The position numbers and the translations under genes are program-made. DNA of 50,362 nucleotides from an uncultured Candidatus Saccharibacteria bacterium (GTDB lineage Bacteria > Patescibacteriota > Minisyncoccia > Minisyncoccales > Staskawiczbacteraceae): assembly GCA_964453095.1 (NCBI GenBank), contig CAYVRE010000001.1, forward strand, positions 3,440 to 53,801. Reading direction: 5' to 3'. How positions within the stretch are numbered: position 1 is the first letter of the stretch; every line of letters begins with the position of its first letter. Under the pieces are notes generated by a model. The model was not told the origin of the DNA. It worked only from the letters and a program-made list of their open reading frames with translations, and did no database searches. Of this stretch, positions 42,840 through 50,362 are shown piece after piece.

Positions 42840-44101
42840 TTGTTGCTTTTTAAAAAGTCTACTATCCGCTCTACATCTTTTTCCAAAATATTTATATGCG
42901 TCGGCAAATTAAAGGTTTGCTTAGAAAGCCTTTCGGCATTGGGGCAGCTGCCCGTCTCATAATGCATTTCTTCAAGTTTTGTATCAAAGGGAGCAATCGG
43001 AGTCGTGTACCAGTCGCCAATCAAAATGTTTTGCTTGTGCCAGGCATCGTAGATTATCTGGTGAGCTTTGGGGTGTTTTACAGTAAAACGCAAAAAAGCA
43101 TTTTTTCTATCCTGAAACTTTTGAGGCAGTTCAAATTCTGTGTCTTTTAGTTCGTTATAATAGACATCGGCAATCTTTTGCCTGTGCTGATTAAACTTAT
43201 TTAATTTCTTAAACTGGTTGAAGGACATCATTGCCAATGCATTAGGCAATGCTTTTGGAAAATAATCGGGCTTCTCCCCTTTCTTTTCCTGCCAGCTGAC
43301 TGCTTTCGATAAGATGTGCAGCCATTGCGATAAAACCAGAAACACTTTCCCCAAGTCAAAAAGATTATACACCGGAAGAATAATATAGTTTAATAACAGC
43401 GGATGCAAAATTTGCTGAAAAATCCAAAACATTGACGGCTGTCTGAATTCTTTTTGCAAGGCTTCAAGTTTTTTGCCGATGACTTCGTCGTTGGTAACAG
43501 CCATGCCTCCATAAACACCCGAGATTATTTTATCCCTGGAAAAACTGAAAAATGCCGCTTTGCCGAATGTGCCGACTTTTTGGCCCTTGAACTCAGCCCC
43601 TAATGCATGAGCGCAGTCTTCAATTAATGTTAATCCGTATTGTCGCACAATAGCCATGATTTCATCCATATCGGCCGGCTGCCCGAAAGTATGCTGAACC
43701 ATCAAAACCCTTGTCTTGGGCCCGATTTTGGGCTTTAAACCGGGCATATCCACGTTGAATGAGTCCTTGTCGCAATCTGCATAAACCGGCTCTAAACCGG
43801 CCCACAACACAGGATTTATAGCCGCATTGCAAGTAAATGCCTGGAGCACAACTTCACTTCCCTTATCTAAGCCCAATGCTTTCAAAATCGCAAAAAGAGA
43901 ACTTCTTCCGCTATTAAAAGACACTGCGTATTTTACGCCCAGATATTTTTTGAATTGTTCTTCCAGCTCCTTCGCCGCCCCTCCCCTTTTCCAGAGCCAC
44001 GGCCGGATAATCAAATTCAAAGCCAGATGCAAATCATCTTTTTCAACATTAGGCGACAGAGATATTGATATTGGTTTGAAATAGCTCATAAAATTAATCA
44101 A
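42830..44101 (-). CDS. DegT/DnrJ/EryC1-family PLP-dependent aminotransferase
   Basis: 423 aa. PLP-lysine context FSFSRDKIISG. Overlaps both neighbours. Contains 12-mer copy D. Confidence 0.75.
   Translation of the reverse strand: MINFMSYFKPISISLSPNVEKDDLHLALNLIIRPWLWKRGGAAKELEEQFKKYLGVKYAVSFNSGRSSLFAILKALGLDKGSEVVLQAFTCNAAINPVLWAGLEPVYADCDKDSFNVDMPGLKPKIGPKTRVLMVQHTFGQPADMDEIMAIVRQYGLTLIEDCAHALGAEFKGQKVGTFGKAAFFSFSRDKIISGVYGGMAVTNDEVIGKKLEALQKEFRQPSMFWIFQQILHPLLLNYIILPVYNLFDLGKVFLVLSQWLHILSKAVSWQEKKGEKPDYFPKALPNALAMMSFNQFKKLNKFNQHRQKIADVYYNELKDTEFELPQKFQDRKNAFLRFTVKHPKAHQIIYDAWHKQNILIGDWYTTPIAPFDTKLEEMHYETGSCPNAERLSKQTFNLPTHINILEKDVERIVDFLKSNKWN
43641..43652 (+). repeat. Copy D of 12-mer TGTCGCACAATA (inside the DegT CDS)
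   Basis: Exact 12-mer. Here it is flanked so as to give ATTGT-CGC-ACAAT with 5-nt inverted arms. Confidence 0.8.
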
Positions 44102-45704
44102 TCAGCAGTTTCAATAAACGTCCGGGTACCCGGCCTTCCAGCAAAACTGCATCGCCGGATTTGCAAGAAAGCGTAAGTATTGAATAAATATCGTCTGCTC
44201 TGTCGCACAATACAATACTTTCCGGTTTTTTGCCGGCCTCGACAACACCTTTTTGTATGTCGTTAAAATTATCTTTGCTGGTGATTATAGCTATATCACA
44301 GACCTCTCCGATTCTTCTACCTATCTTTTCATGCAAACGGCCGGATTCTTTGCCCAGTTCGATCAGACAAGGCATCACAATAACTTTTTTGCCCGGAAAG
44401 ATATTAAGATAATCCAAATCAGCCAGAACACCGTCGGGGTTGGCAGAATAAGAAGAATCAATAACACTGATGCCGTGATTTCCTTTTTTTAAGGCCATAC
44501 TGGCTTGATCTTGTTTTATATCTTTACAGGCCTCAGCAATCTCTTCAAAACTCATCCCCAACTCCCTGGCAACCAAAATCGCAGCTAAAATATTCTGTAT
44601 ATTCTGGCCACCCAAAACATTCACTCTAAAATGAACTGCATTTTTATCTTTATCAAGAGCCAAAAAGGAAACAAATTCTTTATGTATTGATACATCTTCT
44701 GTCCAGACATCAGAATCCACTCTATCCCCCTTTGCGCTGTAAATTATTTTTCTGGCGCCTGGTTGCAGATTGGCTTTGCGGTATAAATCCAGGCAGTATT
44801 TATTGTCTCCATTTAATACTAAAAGTCCGGATTTAGGCAGGGCTTCGCTCAGCTCTCTCCCCCCTTCGGCGGAAAGCAGATTATCCATCGAACCGAATAA
44901 GGCCAGGTGCTGCTGATTTACGCCGGTTACAACGCCGATTTTCGGCTTAACGATGTCACACAGCAATTTGACCTCCCCCTTTCTGTAAGCGCCCATTTCA
45001 ACTATAAATACCTGGTGTTCCGGTTTCAAATGATTAATAACTGTCTGCGCCACTCCTATTTCGGTATTGATGTTGCCGCTGGTTTTCAGAACATTATATC
45101 TCCGCGAAAGTATAGTATAAAGGAATTCTTTGGTGGAACTTTTTCCATAAGAACCGGTGATGCCGACAACAATCAGTTCTTTCTGCATCTCTATTTTTTT
45201 ACGGGCTTTCATGTATATCAATCTTTTCCACAAGTTAGTGGGCACCTGCACAAGCTCCATAATCAAAAAGGTTAAAAACGGCAGGATAATTTCCATAACA
45301 GCGATGAAAATTAAAAAATACCGGTTGAAAACAAACAGAGAGAAAAATAAAGATGCAAAACCCAGAGATAATAAAAATACGGACTTTTTAGTTAACTTAG
45401 GAAACCGCCATTTTTTCCTTATCAACAAGGAAATAGAATAGATGCCGAATAAATAAAAGGCGGCGGCAACTGCCGAGCCCCACAAAGAATAATCTAAAAA
45501 TTCCGGAGGAAACAGAAGTATAATTAGTATTAAAAACAATGTTTTCGGGAAGAAAACATTTCTGGACCTTATCGGATCGCCCTTTATTCTGCTAATCCGG
45601 TATTCTTTAAGCTGCCAGAAATAGAAGCAATAAAATATCCGCTGGGAAATATGAACCAGCCAAAGCAATATTAAGATATAGAATAGAAAATAAATAAAAT
45701 CCAT
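44094..45704 (-). CDS. murF: MurF-like Mur ligase with an N-terminal polytopic membrane domain
   Basis: 536 aa. Residues ~1-145 form about five hydrophobic helices. Then come the Mur-ligase P-loop GITGSYGKSSTKE and the central and C-terminal domains (DSSYSANPDG). Confidence 0.75.
   Translation of the reverse strand: MDFIYFLFYILILLWLVHISQRIFYCFYFWQLKEYRISRIKGDPIRSRNVFFPKTLFLILIILLFPPEFLDYSLWGSAVAAAFYLFGIYSISLLIRKKWRFPKLTKKSVFLLSLGFASLFFSLFVFNRYFLIFIAVMEIILPFLTFLIMELVQVPTNLWKRLIYMKARKKIEMQKELIVVGITGSYGKSSTKEFLYTILSRRYNVLKTSGNINTEIGVAQTVINHLKPEHQVFIVEMGAYRKGEVKLLCDIVKPKIGVVTGVNQQHLALFGSMDNLLSAEGGRELSEALPKSGLLVLNGDNKYCLDLYRKANLQPGARKIIYSAKGDRVDSDVWTEDVSIHKEFVSFLALDKDKNAVHFRVNVLGGQNIQNILAAILVARELGMSFEEIAEACKDIKQDQASMALKKGNHGISVIDSSYSANPDGVLADLDYLNIFPGKKVIVMPCLIELGKESGRLHEKIGRRIGEVCDIAIITSKDNFNDIQKGVVEAGKKPESIVLCDRADDIYSILTLSCKSGDAVLLEGRVPGRLLKLLID
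44201..44212 (+). repeat. Copy E of 12-mer TGTCGCACAATA (inside the murF-like 3' end, ~100 nt upstream of the DegT start)
   Basis: Exact 12-mer. Confidence 0.8.
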
Positions 45705-45705
45705 T

Positions 45706-46689
45706 TTAAATAATTCTTCTGATAAATTTGATTATTCTATATGCGTTATACCAAAAGCCCTGAAAAACCATATCTAGGCCGGCAGGATATTCAACTTCCC
45801 TTCCGCCGAAACCTTTTTTGAAGGAAGTCAGATCGGGCCATTTCTTTTCATCAATTCCCCAGAAATCGCACTCTTGCATCCCCATCTTTTTCGCTTCGGA
45901 AATAATATTCCACCTCAAAAGATTAGAACCCTTAACGTGCCTGTACTCATAATCTGAGCCGGAATGCAGAGTAAAAGCCTTCTTGTTAAAAAACACGACG
46001 ATAGTGGCATTGATTATCCTATCCTTATATCTGGCCAAGAACAATTCGGTTTTAACAAACTCTCCGTCAATTTTCAGTATGTTTTTATAATACTCTTCCG
46101 CGTGGCCGCTGAATTCCTGCCTTTCTTTTGTTCCCTTAAGCAGCCTATAAAAGTCGGGGGAATAATCTTTTTGTTTTTCAATAACAACCCCGTCTCTCCG
46201 GGCAATGCTTATATTCCGCCTGGACCCGCTGCTGAGGTTTTTAAATAGCTCTTCTTCTGTTTTTGTTAAATCTAAAATCAAAGTTTTTTGTGGCTGAATC
46301 CTTCTAAAAGGACGACAGATCCTTGCTTCAATCATTTTATCCAATGGGACAAGGGGCTCTATTCTTAAAAAAACGCTATTCTCTTCGGACGCTAATTCCT
46401 GAATCCCATCAATTAAAATCTTCAAACAGGCCTTCTGCCGGCTTAAATCCAGGTTATTTTTGAAAATTGGGCCATAGGGAATGTATAAATAATTTTTGAA
46501 GAGCAGCCCCTCTTTTATAACCTGGGCCTGGACAAGAATGTCACTACCCTCATATACCTTCAATCTAAAAACCTTTTTTGAAGATTTTTCCTGAAGCTCT
46601 CCCCATTCAAAAGATTGCAAAAAACTGCCGCTGTTCTCAATTAGGAAACTATTCCATTCATTTTTATCGTTAGAAAATTTTAGCTCCAT
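45706..46689 (-). CDS. FemAB-family peptidoglycan peptidyltransferase (paralog 2)
   Basis: 327 aa. N-terminal ...FLQSFEWGELQEKS pattern. Confidence 0.75.
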   Translation of the reverse strand: MELKFSNDKNEWNSFLIENSGSFLQSFEWGELQEKSSKKVFRLKVYEGSDILVQAQVIKEGLLFKNYLYIPYGPIFKNNLDLSRQKACLKILIDGIQELASEENSVFLRIEPLVPLDKMIEARICRPFRRIQPQKTLILDLTKTEEELFKNLSSGSRRNISIARRDGVVIEKQKDYSPDFYRLLKGTKERQEFSGHAEEYYKNILKIDGEFVKTELFLARYKDRIINATIVVFFNKKAFTLHSGSDYEYRHVKGSNLLRWNIISEAKKMGMQECDFWGIDEKKWPDLTSFKKGFGGREVEYPAGLDMVFQGFWYNAYRIIKFIRRII

Positions 46690-46694
46690 GCTGA

Positions 46695-47447
46695 TTAAAC
46701 GTTTTCTAAAACTTTTACTGCCAACACCTCGGCTTGCTTCCTGTTCAAATCATGGCCGGCTTCCGGGATGACGACCAGCTTTGACTTTTTTATCTGCCTG
46801 TTTATGAAACGGCCATCTTCGATAGAGGTAAACTCGTCCTTGTCCCCCCAGATGATCGTTGTCGGAACTTTAACAAATGGCAGATGGAAAGAAAGGTCTT
46901 CAGCTATAATATTTAGATAGGTTTCTCTCATGACGCCCTTAACGTAGACATAGTCGCTCTTTTTTATTATAAACTTGTATACCGCCTTCCTCAGAAAATT
47001 ATAATAAGGCAGAAAATTAAACAGCTTCACAACTTTTGATATCTTGGCAAACATCCCTTTCTTGGCTGTTTTTTTTCTTACGCAGGCGGCAGATACCAAA
47101 AACAATCCCTTAATTTCCTGACTATGCTTTACCGCCAGCTTTGATGCTAAAGCTCCTCCGAAGGAGTGGCCGAGCAGATAAAATCCGCTTCTGAACTCAG
47201 AATAGTTTTTAATAAACTCTTCAATCCAGGCAACATACTTATTGGTATTCCACGGCCCCGGAAGAGGGTCTGATGTGCCAAATCCCGGCAAGTCAGGAAC
47301 CATGACCTTAAATCCTTTCTGCGAAATTATTTCTGCAACCTCCTGCCACCTCTCTGAATTAGACCCCCAGCCATGCAAAATCAAAAAGGGCTTGCCCTCG
47401 CCAAAAACCTGGCAATTTGTTTTTATCCCGTTAATTGTAATTTCCAT
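46695..47447 (-). CDS. Alpha/beta-fold hydrolase
   Basis: HGWGS oxyanion region and nucleophile elbow GHSFGG. 250 aa. Confidence 0.8.
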   Translation of the reverse strand: MEITINGIKTNCQVFGEGKPFLILHGWGSNSERWQEVAEIISQKGFKVMVPDLPGFGTSDPLPGPWNTNKYVAWIEEFIKNYSEFRSGFYLLGHSFGGALASKLAVKHSQEIKGLFLVSAACVRKKTAKKGMFAKISKVVKLFNFLPYYNFLRKAVYKFIIKKSDYVYVKGVMRETYLNIIAEDLSFHLPFVKVPTTIIWGDKDEFTSIEDGRFINRQIKKSKLVVIPEAGHDLNRKQAEVLAVKVLENV

Positions 47448-48684
47448 TTATAACCTTAAATCCGCAATATTTTTGCAATGCCCGGGGCACCCTTATGCTC
47501 CCGTCTTTCTGCTGATAGTTTTCCATAATCATTATCAAAATTCTTCCGACAGCAAAAGCTGTTCCGTTGAGCGTATGCACAAAGTTTAATTTGCCAGACT
47601 TGTCGCGATAGCGCATATTAAGGCGCCTGGCCTGAAAATCAGTACAGTTAGAAGTTGAATGCGTCTCTCTATATTTGTTTTCCGAGGGCAACCAGGCCTC
47701 AATATCATACTTTGCAGCTGCCGGCCTGCCTAAATCTCCGGTGCATATGCTTATAACCTGATAAGGCAATTCCAATGCTTTCATCAGTTTTTCCTCAATA
47801 GATAAAAGCAGCTGATGCTCTTTTTTAGAATCCTCGGGATTGCAGAATATTACCATCTCCAGTTTATCAAACTGATGCACCCTTAAAATCCCCTTGGTAT
47901 CTTTGCCATAAGAACCGGCTTCCCTGCGGAAACAAGTAGAAAAGGCAACATATCTTAAAGGCAAATCCTTTTCATTTAATACTTCATCGGCATGCATGGC
48001 TATTAAGGGCTGCTCTGATGTACCGGCTAAATACATTTTGTCTTCCGGAAGATAATAGGCCTCTTTCTCGTCTGTGGCCTCAAAGTATCCTGTTCCCCTG
48101 GCCATCTGATCTTTCAACATCACCGGCGGAATAACAGGAATAAATCCCTCTTTTTTTACAGTATCCATGACCAAATTAATCAAAGCGAACTCAAGCAGGG
48201 GCAGCTCTCTTTTCAGATAACCAAACCTGGCGCCAGCCACCTTGCCGGCCCTTTCTGTATCAATTAAGTCCAGCTCCCGGCCTAATTGCATATAGTCCTT
48301 TGTCGGGAAATTAAACTTGGCCGGCTTGCCAACCTGCCTTAAAACAACGTTTTCAGAATCATCCTTCCCTACCGGCACATCGTCAAAAGGAATATTGGGA
48401 AGCATAATCAATAAGCTGTTTAACTCGGCTTCTGTTTTCTTTAATTCTGGCTCCAGCTCCTTAAATTTGTCTTTCAATTCTCTTGCCTTAGCCACAGCCG
48501 ATTCATTATGCCCGGCCCTGCTTATCTTATTCTGTTCCGCTTTCAGGCCTTCCAACTCAACCAATAATTCCCTTCTCTCGCGGTCCAATAGAAGAACCTT
48601 GTCTATATCAACTTTGGCCTGCTTGTTCTGGCAGGCTTCTTTAACCTTCTGCGGATTTTCCCTGATAAAGTTAATGTCTAACAT
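47431..48684 (-). CDS. serS: Seryl-tRNA synthetase
   Basis: 417 aa. N-terminal coiled-coil arm and a class II core (FRREAGSYGKDTKGILRVHQF, NGTAFAVGR). Confidence 0.95.
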   Translation of the reverse strand: MLDINFIRENPQKVKEACQNKQAKVDIDKVLLLDRERRELLVELEGLKAEQNKISRAGHNESAVAKARELKDKFKELEPELKKTEAELNSLLIMLPNIPFDDVPVGKDDSENVVLRQVGKPAKFNFPTKDYMQLGRELDLIDTERAGKVAGARFGYLKRELPLLEFALINLVMDTVKKEGFIPVIPPVMLKDQMARGTGYFEATDEKEAYYLPEDKMYLAGTSEQPLIAMHADEVLNEKDLPLRYVAFSTCFRREAGSYGKDTKGILRVHQFDKLEMVIFCNPEDSKKEHQLLLSIEEKLMKALELPYQVISICTGDLGRPAAAKYDIEAWLPSENKYRETHSTSNCTDFQARRLNMRYRDKSGKLNFVHTLNGTAFAVGRILIMIMENYQQKDGSIRVPRALQKYCGFKVINGNYN

Positions 48685-48688
48685 ATTT

Positions 48689-50152
48689 TTATTGTTTAGG
48701 TTTCATTAATGGAAAGATCTGGCAATCGCGGCCGGGTTTGTCCATCAAAAATGAAAACAATCTTTCCGAAACTCCGAATCCGCAGGTTGGCGGCATTCCG
48801 TGCTCCAATGCCTCAACAAATTCCTTGTCATACATCTGAGCTTCTTCGTCGCCTTTGTCGCGCAGTTTTTGCTGCTCGGCAAACCTTTCCGCCTGGTCAA
48901 TCGGATTATTCAGCTCTGAATATCCATTTCCATTTTCCGAACCGGCCAGAATAACCTGAAACCTCTGCGCCATGTCAGCATTCTTTTCGCTTCTTTTAGC
49001 TAATGGAGAAATTTCGATCGGAGTGTTAATTAAAAATCCCGGACCGCCAATCTTCTTGCGGCAATATTTCCATATGCTATCCATGGCTCTCGCCCTATTA
49101 AATCCCTTTCTATCATAATCAATTTTTAAGTTATCCAATGCTTTTTCCATTTCCGGCAAAGATGCTTCCAAAACATTGACCTTGGTATATTTGCTTATTG
49201 TCGAAGCATAATCATATTTTTCCCATTTCTTTGACAAATCAATATCAAAGCCACGGATTTTAAACTTCAGTGTGCCAAAAGTTTTTTTGGCAACGTATTT
49301 ATACATTTCTTCAACCAATTTCATACCTTGCTCATAATCAGCGTATGCCCAGTAAAACTCCATCTGGGTGTAATCCTGCAAATGCTCTGCATCCATACCT
49401 TCGTTTCTGAACTGCCTGCCAATTTCAAAGGTTTTTTCAAAGCCGGCCGCCATCAATCGCTTCTGCCACAGCTCTCCCATAGAAATGCGCAAATAGACGT
49501 CCATGTCCAAGGCATTATGGTGAGTTACGAAGGGCCGGGCATCAGCTCCGCCGGGGGTAGTTTCTAAAACAGGCGTTTCCACCTCCAAAAATCCTTTTTC
49601 AACCATAAATTCCCTCATCGAATTCCAAAACACGGTTCTTTTTTGAATCATATCCTTAACCTCCGGATGAAAAATTATATCCAAATATCGTTTTCTTAAA
49701 CACTCTTCAACATCACAAATCCCATGCCATTTTTCCGGCAAAGGCAACAATGCCTTAGCCAGCATCTTATAATCCTCGGCTTCAAGCGTCTTTTCGCCTT
49801 TTTGCGTGGTAAAAAGGACGCCCTTTATCTCCACAAAATCAGCAATGTCAAAAACATCAAGAAAAAACTGATATCCCTTCTCCCCCGCTTTGTCTTCTTT
49901 AATTAGCACCTGAACCTTTCCGGATCCATCATTAACATCTAAAAAAGTGGCCCCTCCATGGCCTCTCTGGGCCATTATCCTGCCGGCCAAAACAATTGTC
50001 TTCTTTGCTTTAGATAATTTTGAAAAATTATCCAGTGCTTCGGCTATAGTGTGAGTTCTTTTTGTTTGCGCCGGATAAGCCAAAAACCCGCTATGTTCCA
50101 GCTTTCTTAGTTTTTCCAGACGTATTTTTCTAAGTTCTTCAATTGTGGGCAT
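48689..50152 (-). CDS. lysS: Lysyl-tRNA synthetase, class II
   Basis: 487 aa. OB-fold N-domain and class II motifs (FRNEGMDAEHLQDYTQMEFY, GFGVSERL). Confidence 0.95.
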   Translation of the reverse strand: MPTIEELRKIRLEKLRKLEHSGFLAYPAQTKRTHTIAEALDNFSKLSKAKKTIVLAGRIMAQRGHGGATFLDVNDGSGKVQVLIKEDKAGEKGYQFFLDVFDIADFVEIKGVLFTTQKGEKTLEAEDYKMLAKALLPLPEKWHGICDVEECLRKRYLDIIFHPEVKDMIQKRTVFWNSMREFMVEKGFLEVETPVLETTPGGADARPFVTHHNALDMDVYLRISMGELWQKRLMAAGFEKTFEIGRQFRNEGMDAEHLQDYTQMEFYWAYADYEQGMKLVEEMYKYVAKKTFGTLKFKIRGFDIDLSKKWEKYDYASTISKYTKVNVLEASLPEMEKALDNLKIDYDRKGFNRARAMDSIWKYCRKKIGGPGFLINTPIEISPLAKRSEKNADMAQRFQVILAGSENGNGYSELNNPIDQAERFAEQQKLRDKGDEEAQMYDKEFVEALEHGMPPTCGFGVSERLFSFLMDKPGRDCQIFPLMKPKQ

Positions 50153-50210
50153 ATTATTAGATTTTGATATTTTGTTTATTATCTTATCTTATCGCATTTA
50201 AGCAAAAGCG

Positions 50211-50250
50211 TCAAAACAAAAAGCGTTCTTGAAATCCATTCAAGAACGCT
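50211..50250 (-). terminator. Rho-independent terminator after the PEP-CTERM gene
   Basis: On the minus strand, a perfect 12-bp stem AGCGTTCTTGAA / TTCAAGAACGCT with a 5-nt loop, followed by TTTTGTTTTG. Confidence 0.7.
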
Positions 50251-50278
50251 GATATCGCGTGTTGTCCCTCATCGGGAC

Positions 50279-50362
50279 CTATTGGCGCTTCCTGCGCCAG
50301 AGCCATCCGGCGATAGCCAGAAGGCCTGTGCCGAGCAACCCTAAGGTTGACGGCTCGGGAAC
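50279..50362 (-). CDS. 3' end of a gene encoding a PEP-CTERM sorting-signal protein (partial, continues beyond the window)
   Basis: Hand translation of the minus strand gives VPEPSTLGLLGTGLLAIAGWLWRRKRQ* (PEP motif, TM, Arg-rich tail). 39/60 G+C in line 50281-50340. Confidence 0.6.
   Translation of the reverse strand, partial: VPEPSTLGLLGTGLLAIAGWLWRRKRQ

Noticed and set aside
1-50362. CRISPR arrays, rRNA genes, IS/transposase genes, reverse transcriptases (retron/DGR) and recognisable defence-system genes
   Set aside because: No regularly spaced direct repeats, rRNA-like conserved stretches, DDE/serine-recombinase ORFs or RT motifs (YxDD) were seen on either strand. The only mobile-type genes are the intein and the two LAGLIDADG-type ORFs.

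Overview
Low-GC (~37% in hand-counted core lines) bacterial segment. Its gene content and style fit a Patescibacteria/CPR (Parcubacteria-like) genome; this is an inference from gene content, not a database hit. The backbone is housekeeping. It includes the dcw genes murD-ftsW-murG, gltX, uppS, rpmA, pyrG, rplI, a C-terminal processing protease, and grpE-dnaK-dnaJ. It also includes a UvrD-nuclease fusion, dnaX, cysS, dnaB and recR. A roughly 9-kb co-directional minus-strand run reads lysS-serS-hydrolase-FemAB-MurF-like-DegT-FemAB-ftsQ. I found three canonical tRNAs by hand folding: Ala-GGC, Lys-UUU and Gln-UUG. Several non-backbone elements stand out. (1) A Xer-type tyrosine recombinase is split at its HxLRH active site by an intein carrying a LAGLIDADG endonuclease, and the gene has a 1-nt frame break. 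(2) There are two further free-standing homing-endonuclease-like genes. (3) A 77-nt tRNA-Ala-like gene has G3:U70 and A73, but a GAAA-capped helix replaces the anticodon loop. It has its own promoter and sits upstream of two orphan ORFs. (4) GC-rich islets hold small ORF cassettes with consensus promoters and a ~300-nt structured, ORF-free element. (5) A CAP-sortase-surface-protein operon is present, and its surface protein has a paralog sharing a conserved non-LPXTG C-terminal tail. (6) A Mur ligase has a polytopic membrane domain in place of its N-terminal domain. (7) A thioredoxin is fused to an FTR-catalytic-like module. (8) A PEP-CTERM tail lies at the right edge. No CRISPR array, rRNA or transposase was seen. 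All family assignments come from motif recognition by eye and none was database-checked.
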